Part shown: in pieces, positions 16,583 through 23,944 of the stretch
Layout of the letters: every line of letters starts with the position of its first letter
How positions within the stretch are numbered: position 1 is the first letter of the stretch
Assembly (NCBI GenBank): GCA_035513775.1
Contig: DATKBR010000099.1
Coordinates: forward strand, 1,879-65,878
Source of the DNA: Candidatus Limnocylindria bacterium
Lineage (GTDB): Bacteria > Chloroflexota > Limnocylindria > Limnocylindrales > CSP1-4
DNA: 64,000 bases
Direction of reading: 5' to 3'
Notes under the pieces: generated by a model
The model's database searches: none
Told to the model about the DNA's origin: nothing
What the model saw: only the letters and a program-made list of their open reading frames with translations
Program-made: the position numbers and the translations under genes

Positions 16583-17281
16583 TCAGATGTGCCCGTGGTG
16601 GTCGAAGCTCTCCGACGGCGTGGCGCCCTCGCGGATCTCCGCCCGGACCTTGCCTTCGGCGACGACGATGCTCTCGGCCCGCTCCAGAACGGCCTCGGCC
16701 TGCGCGCGAGGCACGATCAACACCCCCTCGAACTCGGCGATGACGATGTCGCCGGGGTGTACGACCACATCGCCGATGGTCACCGGGACCTGCTCCGCGA
16801 CCATCTCCCAGCGGCCGATCCCGTTGCGCGAGCAGAGGTCGCGAAAGACGATCGGCAGGCCGATCTCGCGCAGGCCCGCGACGTCGCGCAAGTTGCCGTC
16901 AAGGATCACGCCGACACAGCCGCGGCCCTGGGCCGCATTGCCGGTCAGCTCGCCGAAGTGTCCGACGAAGCCCTCCGGGGTCGTCGAGACGAGCACCGAA
17001 TCGGGCTCGAGTTGCTCGAAGACGCGGAGGTACGAACGCATCCGCCCAACGCCCTCGTCCCAACCGACAGCCGGAACGATCTCCTTACCGACGACCGTGT
17101 ATGCGACTCCCACGAATGCCTGCTCTGGAAAAAGTGGCCGCAGGTTCGACGGGAGGAGCGGCTCGGGCAGCCCCAGCTCGAAGAGAGCGTCGCACACCGC
17201 GGGCATGTAAAGGGCGCGGAACCGGCGGCAGATCTCGGCGATCGTCAACGGAGTCTCCATCAGCGGGCGGGCCGACGCCAT
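16583..17281 (-). CDS. RraA-like protein (HMG/CHA aldolase / oxaloacetate decarboxylase family)
   Basis: The ATG at 17281 is chosen (MASARPLMETPLTIAEICRRF). The motif GELTGNAAQGRGCVGVILDGNLRDVAGLREIGLPIVFR is present. The ORF-track TTG at 17308 would overlap an operator-like site. Confidence 0.8.
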   Translation of the reverse strand: MASARPLMETPLTIAEICRRFRALYMPAVCDALFELGLPEPLLPSNLRPLFPEQAFVGVAYTVVGKEIVPAVGWDEGVGRMRSYLRVFEQLEPDSVLVSTTPEGFVGHFGELTGNAAQGRGCVGVILDGNLRDVAGLREIGLPIVFRDLCSRNGIGRWEMVAEQVPVTIGDVVVHPGDIVIAEFEGVLIVPRAQAEAVLERAESIVVAEGKVRAEIREGATPSESFDHHGHI

Positions 17282-17291
17282 TGTATCGAAG

Positions 17292-17304
17292 GCGGTAGGA
17301 CCAA
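17292..17304. promoter_or_regulatory. putative GntR-type operator GCGGTAGGACCAA
   Basis: GGT-AGG-ACC core lying 11 nt upstream of the RraA-like ATG. It sits inside an 18-bp block identical to 18959-18976. Confidence 0.5.
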
Positions 17305-17369
17305 TCAATACACTGGCGATGCTGTTTCGCGCGTCAATTCATCACGCCTTGGGCGGGAGATGAGACGCA

Positions 17370-17382
17370 ATGGCCGGACCAT
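17370..17382. promoter_or_regulatory. putative GntR-type operator ATGGCCGGACCAT within the 7-5-7 inverted repeat GCAATGG-CCGGA-CCATTGC
   Basis: Read directly at 17367-17385. The 22-bp block 17367-17388 is identical to 19036-19057. Confidence 0.5.
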
Positions 17383-17520
17383 TGCGATCATCAGCCAACG
17401 GCGCTGGGACACGTGGCGGGCTCGGGATCCCGGCGTGATTGCCAGCCTTGACGACCGGTCGAGTCGTCGCGATCCCCCGGCTGGGGATACGCGCGTCCGC
17501 CAACAGCACCTCCGCGGTGA

Positions 17521-18807
17521 TCAGAACGTGACCGGCAGCGTCTCGAGAATGCGGACCGTCGGCTTTGCGATCGCCCATCGAGGATGCTCGTCGGCAAGCC
17601 GGATGCCTGGCATACGCCTGATCAGGGCCTTGAAGAAGACGTGGGCCTCCAACCGGGCCAGCGGCGCGCCGATGCAGAAGCTGATGCCATATCCGAATGC
17701 CAGGTTCTGCAAGCGCGGCCGCTCGATGTCGAAGACGTCAGGATCCTCGAACCGGACGGGATCGCGATTCGCTGCGTTGAGCATCTGGATGACCATCTCT
17801 CCCTTGCGCAGCGGTTTGCCCCCGAGCTGGGTGTCCTGCTTCACCAGTCTCGTGTTCCGGGCGAGCGGGCTCTCAAAGCGGAGCATCTCCTCGATAGCCG
17901 CGGGGATGAGCGTCGGGGTCTCGCACAGAAGCCGCCACTGGTCGGGATGCTGGAGCAGGCACAGGAGACCGCTGCTGACAAGCGACGCGGTGGTCTCGTG
18001 GCCAGCCAGCAGCAGCGTTCCTAGATTGTTCACCAGCTCGGTTTCGCTGAGTGCGCCACTCGTCTCCTGCGCCACGACCATCCGGGTGAGCAGGCCGTCC
18101 TGTGCGTTCGCACCCAACCGGATCCGCTCCTTCTGTGCGGCCAGGTAGTCATGGATCTCGAGAATCGCGTCCTGCGCCGCCAGCAGAGACTCGTATGTTG
18201 GCTGCCGCCTGGTCTGGAACGCGAGCAGGCGATCTGCAAGACGGCGGAACATCCGGCGGTCGGACTGGGGGACCCCGAGGAGCAGGCAGAGGACGGCAAT
18301 CGGAAGGTCGAAGGCGACCGCCTCCATGACGTCCATCTGTCCATCGTCCACAACCCTGTCGAGCAGAGCCTCGACCGTCTGCTCGATGCGCGGACGGAGA
18401 GCCTCCACCTGCCCAGGCGTGAACCCCCACTTCAGAAAGAGCCGGCGCAGGCGCGTGTGATCGGGAGGGTCGGCGTGCACGAGGCTGCCGCTGCCGTAGA
18501 AGCAGGCAAAGGCATCCAGTTGCCGTTGTTCAGCCGGGGCGAGGTGATCCAGCGCCTTGAGCATGCGACCCTGCCTGGTGAAGTGCTCGAGGTCGAGGGT
18601 GGAGCCCAGGACGTCGTCGTACCGAGTGAGGAGCCAGGCTCCGATTGCATCGCTCCAGTGGACCGGGTCATCGTCGCGGAGCCGACGGAGAGCGGGGTAT
18701 GGATCAGCGAGGAACTCCGGGGACACGAGGACCTCGTCGAAGTCCGTTGAGTCAACTGGCAGAGTCAGCGACGTCCTCCTTCTAGTCGCAACCGGTTCCG
18801 GTGCCAA
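17521..18807 (-). CDS. cytochrome P450
   Basis: 428 aa with the heme-thiolate loop FGYGISFCIGAPLARLE, the ExxR motif (EEMLRFESP) and the I-helix LLLAGHETTA. The start is uncertain. The ORF track uses TTG at 18807, but a perfect AGGAGG (18780-18775) sits 6 nt before an in-frame CTG at 18768. Confidence 0.88.
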   Translation of the reverse strand: MAPEPVATRRRTSLTLPVDSTDFDEVLVSPEFLADPYPALRRLRDDDPVHWSDAIGAWLLTRYDDVLGSTLDLEHFTRQGRMLKALDHLAPAEQRQLDAFACFYGSGSLVHADPPDHTRLRRLFLKWGFTPGQVEALRPRIEQTVEALLDRVVDDGQMDVMEAVAFDLPIAVLCLLLGVPQSDRRMFRRLADRLLAFQTRRQPTYESLLAAQDAILEIHDYLAAQKERIRLGANAQDGLLTRMVVAQETSGALSETELVNNLGTLLLAGHETTASLVSSGLLCLLQHPDQWRLLCETPTLIPAAIEEMLRFESPLARNTRLVKQDTQLGGKPLRKGEMVIQMLNAANRDPVRFEDPDVFDIERPRLQNLAFGYGISFCIGAPLARLEAHVFFKALIRRMPGIRLADEHPRWAIAKPTVRILETLPVTF

Positions 18808-18959
18808 TTTCCCGATCTACGTCTCTCGTCGTCGAGCCACGACAAGAGGGGAGATCAATCGAGATGGACGCGGCAGTCTGGACGGCGGCAGTGGTGGACG
18901 TTGCGCCAATCCCGCAGCGGTGACTCCGCAGACGTCGGATCGACGTTGGTGCTTCTCTG

Positions 18960-18972
18960 GCGGTAGGACCAA
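18960..18972. promoter_or_regulatory. putative GntR-type operator GCGGTAGGACCAA (second copy)
   Basis: Identical to 17292-17304 and located in the P450/SDR divergent intergenic region. Confidence 0.5.
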
Positions 18973-19038
18973 TCAAGACGCCAATGACAAAGAGCTCGAG
19001 CGATTGAACCATCATAAACAAGTCCCGTAGTGGCTGCA

Positions 19039-19051
19039 ATGGCCGGACCAT
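19039..19051. promoter_or_regulatory. putative GntR-type operator ATGGCCGGACCAT (second copy)
   Basis: Identical to 17370-17382. It ends 5 nt upstream of a TTGACA -35 hexamer. Confidence 0.55.
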
Positions 19052-19056
19052 TGCGA

Positions 19057-19086
19057 TTGACACCGAGCTGGTCGTGACCCTATCGT
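19057..19086 (+). promoter_or_regulatory. candidate promoter of the SDR-E1alpha-E1beta-GntR operon (-35 TTGACA, 18 nt, -10 TATCGT), probably giving a leaderless mRNA
   Basis: TTGACA lies at 19057-19062 and TATCGT at 19081-19086. The GTG start at 19094 is only 7 nt after the -10 and has no SD. Confidence 0.45.
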
Positions 19087-19093
19087 CCGGGGC

Positions 19094-19873
19094 GTGGACG
19101 AAGGATTCCCGCCGCGCGGTGCCGAACGGTTCTCGCTCGTGGGACGGGTCGCCGTCGTGACCGGTGCGGGCAGCGGCCTCGGCCAGGCTGTAGCCATTGG
19201 GTTCGCCCAGGTTGGGGCCCGGATCGTGGTCGCGGACCTGCCCGGCGCGGACTTTGGCCCGGTCCAGGCGGCGTCTCCCGATCCTGTCATGGCGATTGAC
19301 GTGGACGTTTCCGACCGGGACGCCGTGGACCGGATGGCTGCCACTGTCCTCGCCGAACTGGGCCGCGCGGACGTCCTGGTCAACAGCGCCGGAATCGGCG
19401 GACGCTCCCCGGCCGAGACCTACCCGGCGGACCTCCTCGCGAAGATCCTGGCCGTGAACCTCGTAGGCACGCTGAGTTGCTGCCAAGCTTTCGGCCGGAT
19501 CATGCTCGCGGCGGGCCGCGGCTCGATCATCAACTTCGCCTCGGTCGGGGGACTGGTGGGCTACCCGGGCAGTGTCGGGTATCAGGCCAGCAAGGGCGCG
19601 ATCGTCCAGGTCACACGCTCCCTGGCCATCGAGTGGGCAACGCGCGGCGTCCGCGTCAACGCGATCGCGCCCTGTCAGTTCGAGACCCCTGTCGTGCGGC
19701 GGCAGTGGGAGCGCGAGCCGGAGATGAAGCAGTACTGGTTGTCCCGCACGCCGATCGGGCGCCTCGGTCATCCGGAGGAGATCATCGGCCCGGCGATCTT
19801 TCTCGCCTCGGATGCATCGGCCATGGTGACGGGGCACACCCTGCCGGTCGATGGAGGATTCGTCGCCCAGTGA
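19094..19873 (+). CDS. SDR-family oxidoreductase
   Basis: 259 aa with VAVVTGAGSGLGQAVA, the catalytic YQASK and VTGHTLPVDGG. Confidence 0.85.
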   Translation: MDEGFPPRGAERFSLVGRVAVVTGAGSGLGQAVAIGFAQVGARIVVADLPGADFGPVQAASPDPVMAIDVDVSDRDAVDRMAATVLAELGRADVLVNSAGIGGRSPAETYPADLLAKILAVNLVGTLSCCQAFGRIMLAAGRGSIINFASVGGLVGYPGSVGYQASKGAIVQVTRSLAIEWATRGVRVNAIAPCQFETPVVRRQWEREPEMKQYWLSRTPIGRLGHPEEIIGPAIFLASDASAMVTGHTLPVDGGFVAQ

Positions 19874-20868
19874 CCCGCAAGGCCGTTGCGGACCATCCGC
19901 TCGAGTCCGCGGACCTCCGGCGCCTCTATGAGACGATGGTCAAGATCCGCATCTTCGAGGAGCGGGTCCAGGAGCTGTTTCTGGCGCGGAAGCTGCCGGG
20001 GTTCGTCCACGTCTATCTGGGCGAGGAGGCCGTGGCCACGGGCGTCTGCGACGCGCTTCAGCCGGGCGACTACATCACCTCGACCCATCGCGGGCATGGG
20101 CACGCCGTGGCCAAAGGGGTGCGCCTGGATCCGCTGATGGCCGAGCTGTACGGCAAGGAGACCGGAGTCTGCCGCGGTCGCGGCGGATCGATGCACGTCG
20201 CGGACTTCAGCCTCGGGATGCTGGGCGCCAACGGAATTGTGGGGGGCGGTTTCGGGATCGCGGCAGGGGCCGCGCTCACCTCAAAGCTGCTTGACCTGGG
20301 GCGAGTGGCAGTGTGCTTCTTCGGGGACGGCGGGATCAACAAGGGGACGTTCCACGAGGCGCTGAACTTCGCATCGGTGCAGCAGCTCCCCGTCGTCTAC
20401 GTGTGCGAGAACAACCAGTTCGCCCAGTTCACGGCCCGCGAGCGCACGACGTCCGTCGAGGACCTGTCAGTGCGCGCAGCGGGCTACGGCATTCCGGGCC
20501 ACACGGTCGACGGCAACGACATCGAGGCCGTTCGCGGAGTGGCGGGTGATGCGATCGACAGGGCGCGCCGGGGCGAGGGTCCGAGCCTCCTTGTCATGGA
20601 GACCTATCGCTACGGCGGTCACTTCGTCGGCGACATGGAGGAGTACCGCGACAAGGCCGCCGTCGAGCAGCAGCGCGACCGCGACCCGATCCGGCGGGCC
20701 GAGACCATCCTGCTCGCGCGTGGCGTGGACGAGGCTGAACTCGCGAAGGTCCGGGAGGCGGCCCGGGTAGAGGTCGAGCTCTCGGTGGAGTTCGCCGAGC
20801 AGAGCCCCTACCCGGACGCGTCGACCGCGCTCGACGGCCTGTTCGCCACACCGGTGGTGCAGTCGTGA
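19870..20868 (+). CDS. TPP-dependent 2-oxoacid/acetoin dehydrogenase E1 component, alpha subunit
   Basis: The GTG at 19870 overlaps the SDR stop (GTGA). The TPP motif FFGDGGINKGTFHEALNFASVQQLPVVYVCENNQFA is present. The upstream part of the 463-aa ORF is shadow. Confidence 0.9.
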   Translation: MTRKAVADHPLESADLRRLYETMVKIRIFEERVQELFLARKLPGFVHVYLGEEAVATGVCDALQPGDYITSTHRGHGHAVAKGVRLDPLMAELYGKETGVCRGRGGSMHVADFSLGMLGANGIVGGGFGIAAGAALTSKLLDLGRVAVCFFGDGGINKGTFHEALNFASVQQLPVVYVCENNQFAQFTARERTTSVEDLSVRAAGYGIPGHTVDGNDIEAVRGVAGDAIDRARRGEGPSLLVMETYRYGGHFVGDMEEYRDKAAVEQQRDRDPIRRAETILLARGVDEAELAKVREAARVEVELSVEFAEQSPYPDASTALDGLFATPVVQS

Positions 20869-21923
20869 CGGCGATGGGGCCCGATGGGCCAGAGCGGGCG
20901 GTCGATCGCCAGATGACCTTCGGCCAGGCGACGGTCGAGGCGCTCAGCATCGCGATGCGTGCTGACGAACGCGTGATCGTCCTGGGCGAGGATATTGGCT
21001 GGGGCGGCAACTTCGGCCAGTTCCGTGGCCTGCTCAAGGAGTTCGGGCCGAGGCGGGTGATCGACATGCCCATCTCTGAGTCGATCATCATGGCGGTGTC
21101 CGTCGGCGCGGCATCGACCGGCATGCGCCCGGTCGCCTCGATGAGCTTCGTCGAATTCACGATGGGAGCGATGGATGAGATCGTGAATCAGGCTGCGAAG
21201 TTCCGGTTCATGTTCGGTGGCCAGACATCGGTGCCGCTCGTGCTCCGTGCGTCAGACGGCGTGCTCCGGTCCTCGGCCGCGCAGCACTCCGAGAGCTTCG
21301 AGGCAATCTTCGCCCATATCCCGGGGCTCAAGGTCGTCGCGCCCGCGACGGCTGCTGACGCAAAAGGACTCCTGGCGACCGCGATCGCCGACGACGACCC
21401 GGTCGTCTACCTCGAGAACAAGCGGATCGGCTCGAGCCGCGGCGAGGTGCCCGACGGCGAATATTTCGTCCCGCTTGGCCGGGCTCGTATCGCCCGGGAG
21501 GGCCGCGACGTGACAGTGGTCTGCTACTCGGTCATGGTCACCTATGCGCTCGACGCAGCGAAGGTCCTCGCCGAGCAGGATGGCATCGACGTGGAGATCG
21601 TCGATCTGCGCACGCTCGTGCCGCTCGATATGGCGACCGTCGATGCCTCGGTGGCCAAGACCGGACACGCGGTGATCGCCCACGAGGCCTGGCGATTCGG
21701 CGGCTTCGGGGCGGAGCTGGCAGCCCAGATCTCCGAGCGCCACTTCGGCCGGCTCGGCGCGCCCGTGGCACGGGTCGGCGCGAAGCACTCGCACATGCCG
21801 TTCAGTCCGCCCCTGGAGCGCGCCGTCGCGCCGCAGGCCGAGGAGATCACCCACGCCGTGCGGACGACGCTCGCTCACCGCGCCCGCGCTGTGGCCACCG
21901 GCCGGGACGCTGGACGGACATGA
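20865..21923 (+). CDS. 2-oxoacid/acetoin dehydrogenase E1 component, beta subunit (transketolase-like)
   Basis: 352 aa with VIVLGEDIG...RVIDMPISESIIMAVSVGAA and the C-terminal transketolase domain. A GTGA overlap joins it to E1 alpha. Confidence 0.9.
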   Translation: MTAMGPDGPERAVDRQMTFGQATVEALSIAMRADERVIVLGEDIGWGGNFGQFRGLLKEFGPRRVIDMPISESIIMAVSVGAASTGMRPVASMSFVEFTMGAMDEIVNQAAKFRFMFGGQTSVPLVLRASDGVLRSSAAQHSESFEAIFAHIPGLKVVAPATAADAKGLLATAIADDDPVVYLENKRIGSSRGEVPDGEYFVPLGRARIAREGRDVTVVCYSVMVTYALDAAKVLAEQDGIDVEIVDLRTLVPLDMATVDASVAKTGHAVIAHEAWRFGGFGAELAAQISERHFGRLGAPVARVGAKHSHMPFSPPLERAVAPQAEEITHAVRTTLAHRARAVATGRDAGRT

Positions 21924-22672
21924 ACCGCCAGCTGGCCGCCGAACGTCCGGACGACTTGCCCGCCGCGGGTCAGGACGGGGCCGATGGGTCCGGGAACCTT
22001 CGAACGATGTCGCTGGCGGAGGGCGCCGCTGTCAAGATCGCTCAGGAGATCACCTCGGGAGCGATCCGGCCCGGCCAGCGGCTCCCAGCCGAGCGAGAGC
22101 TCGCCCAGCGCTTCGGCCTCAGCCGTGGCGCGTTGCGGGAGGGCCTGAGGACCCTGGAATCGGTCGGACTCGTCACGGCCAGGGTAGGGCAGGGGCGGTT
22201 CGTCGCCGATACGGGCTCTGATCGTCCGTCCATGGCCCTGACCGCCCTGATGCAGGTTCAGCCGAGCGGCGACATCGTGGCGCTCCGCTCGCTCCTCGAG
22301 CCGGCGCTGGTCCGGGAGATGCCGGCGGCCCAGATGGCTCCGACCGCGGCGGCAGCAGCCGAGCTCCTGGTCAGGATGCGGCGCGCCCAGGCCGCCGGCG
22401 CGATCAACCAGGCCGTCCGCGACCACACGGAGTTCCACCGTCTTCTGATTCGTTTCGGCGCGACGCGTCTGTCGCGGACGCTCCTGTCGAGTCTCATCGA
22501 AGCGGCCGCGGTATGGCAGCCGGCCATCCTCCGCGACCGCGACGCCGCCCGGACCTGGGTGGAGGAACACCGGGAGATCGTGACCGCCCTCGAGACTGGG
22601 GATATCGATCGTGCCGCGGAGCAGGTGTTGGCGCATCTCCGGCCGGCGTTCACCTACCGAAGCGCTGACTGA
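21920..22672 (+). CDS. GntR-family transcriptional regulator (FadR/FCD subfamily)
   Basis: The wHTH is LPAERELAQRFGLSRGALREGLRTLESVGLVTARVGQGRFV. The helical FCD-type C-terminal domain has conserved His residues (EFHRLL, EHREIV, LAHL). An ATGA overlap joins it to E1 beta. Confidence 0.9.
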   Translation: MNRQLAAERPDDLPAAGQDGADGSGNLRTMSLAEGAAVKIAQEITSGAIRPGQRLPAERELAQRFGLSRGALREGLRTLESVGLVTARVGQGRFVADTGSDRPSMALTALMQVQPSGDIVALRSLLEPALVREMPAAQMAPTAAAAAELLVRMRRAQAAGAINQAVRDHTEFHRLLIRFGATRLSRTLLSSLIEAAAVWQPAILRDRDAARTWVEEHREIVTALETGDIDRAAEQVLAHLRPAFTYRSAD

Positions 22673-22692
22673 CCTGATCGGGTCGCAATAAC

Positions 22693-23913
22693 GTGTCGAT
22701 CGACCGACGCGCGTTCATCCGATCCCTGAGCGGTCAGGCGGTCCGATCCATCGGCGCGGCACTGGCGTTGACCGGACAGGTGCGCCAGGACATCGCGCAA
22801 GAGCTGCGCCAGGAGGACCCGGTCGCCGCGCAGTCCACCGAGGCGCGGCCGACGCACGCGGATGATCGCTCCGCGGACTGGCAGTCGGCGGAGATCCATC
22901 CCGGTCCGACGGAAGGCGTGGCACTCGGCGCGTGGGCTGACGTGCCCGCCGTGCCGAGCGTCCTGACCGAGGCGGGCACAATCGAGGCCCTGGACCAGCG
23001 ACGACTGCCGCATGACGTCCAGTGGGTGACCCTTGCGTCGGCCGGCGAGGTCGTGCAGGCGATCAGGGACGGCGTCATCGACGGCGGTGCGGCGATGGTC
23101 GGGGTCGCCGTCCAGACCGTCGCCATGGTGGCCACCCGGGCCGCCGATGCCCCCGCCACGTCCCGTGGGGCGGTCATCTCGGGCGCGGCGCGGGCGCTTT
23201 CCGCGGCCCGGCCCGATACCCCGCTGGTCCGCGAGGCCCTGGCCGCGTTCATCCCCGACCTGCACGCCATCGAGATCCCGACGCTCGATGAGCTCCGGTC
23301 GGCCGCGGCGTCGCGCGCCGCGAGCGTCCAGGCCGAGCATCGGGCTCTGGCCAGCGTGGGAGCCGCCTGGTTGCTGGAGCGCTTCCGGCCGGACGCCAAC
23401 GTCGTATTGGCTGGGGAGTTCGGACCCGCCGCCGCGGCCTCCATCGGGACGACCTCGGCCGTGCTCCGAGGGGCCGCCGAAGCCGGACTGCACCTCCGTG
23501 TCCACGTACTGGACGGCGAGCCGCCGGCCACGAGCGTCGCGCTGCTGCTGGCTGCAGTCGGAGTTGCCCCGATCGAAATCCGATCCGTCCCGGACGTTCG
23601 CCTGGAGCAGCTGTTGGCCGAGTCCGACGTCAACGTCGTCCTTCTGGGGGCCAGTTGGGTGAGCGCGGACGGAACCCTGGCGGGCCGCCTCGGATCCGTC
23701 GCGGCCGCGCTACTGGCACGGCGACGAGGGATCCCGGTCGTCGGTCTCGCCTCCCGGTCGATGGTCGTCCACGGCGCTGCCGGCCAGGCGGCTGCTGCGA
23801 CGTCACGGTCGCACGGAGGCGTTCCGCTGGAGCTCGTGGACGGCTCGCTCGTGGACCTGATCCTCACCGACGTCGGCGCGGTCAGCCCTGAATCCATGGG
23901 CAGACTCCGATGA
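22693..23913 (+). CDS. eIF-2B alpha/beta/delta / MtnA-like family protein (divergent)
   Basis: 406 aa. IEALDQRRLPHDVQWV matches the LDQxxLPxE entry motif of MTR-1-P isomerase-like proteins. Later blocks (VLLGASWVSADGTLAGRLGSVAAALLARRRGIPVV) align to GADRIAxNGDxANKIGT but with substitutions. The N-terminus (MSIDRRAFIRSL) resembles a twin-arginine motif. Confidence 0.6.
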   Translation: MSIDRRAFIRSLSGQAVRSIGAALALTGQVRQDIAQELRQEDPVAAQSTEARPTHADDRSADWQSAEIHPGPTEGVALGAWADVPAVPSVLTEAGTIEALDQRRLPHDVQWVTLASAGEVVQAIRDGVIDGGAAMVGVAVQTVAMVATRAADAPATSRGAVISGAARALSAARPDTPLVREALAAFIPDLHAIEIPTLDELRSAAASRAASVQAEHRALASVGAAWLLERFRPDANVVLAGEFGPAAAASIGTTSAVLRGAAEAGLHLRVHVLDGEPPATSVALLLAAVGVAPIEIRSVPDVRLEQLLAESDVNVVLLGASWVSADGTLAGRLGSVAAALLARRRGIPVVGLASRSMVVHGAAGQAAAATSRSHGGVPLELVDGSLVDLILTDVGAVSPESMGRLR

Positions 23914-23944
23914 TCGGGCGCGCCACGGGGGGTCGGCCCTGAGC

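Noticed and set aside
22734-23897. 387-aa minus-strand ORF antisense to the eIF2B/MtnA-like gene
   Set aside because: Ser/Thr/Ala/Arg-rich with no motif. The plus strand has the LDQRRLPH family motif and fits the operon orientation.
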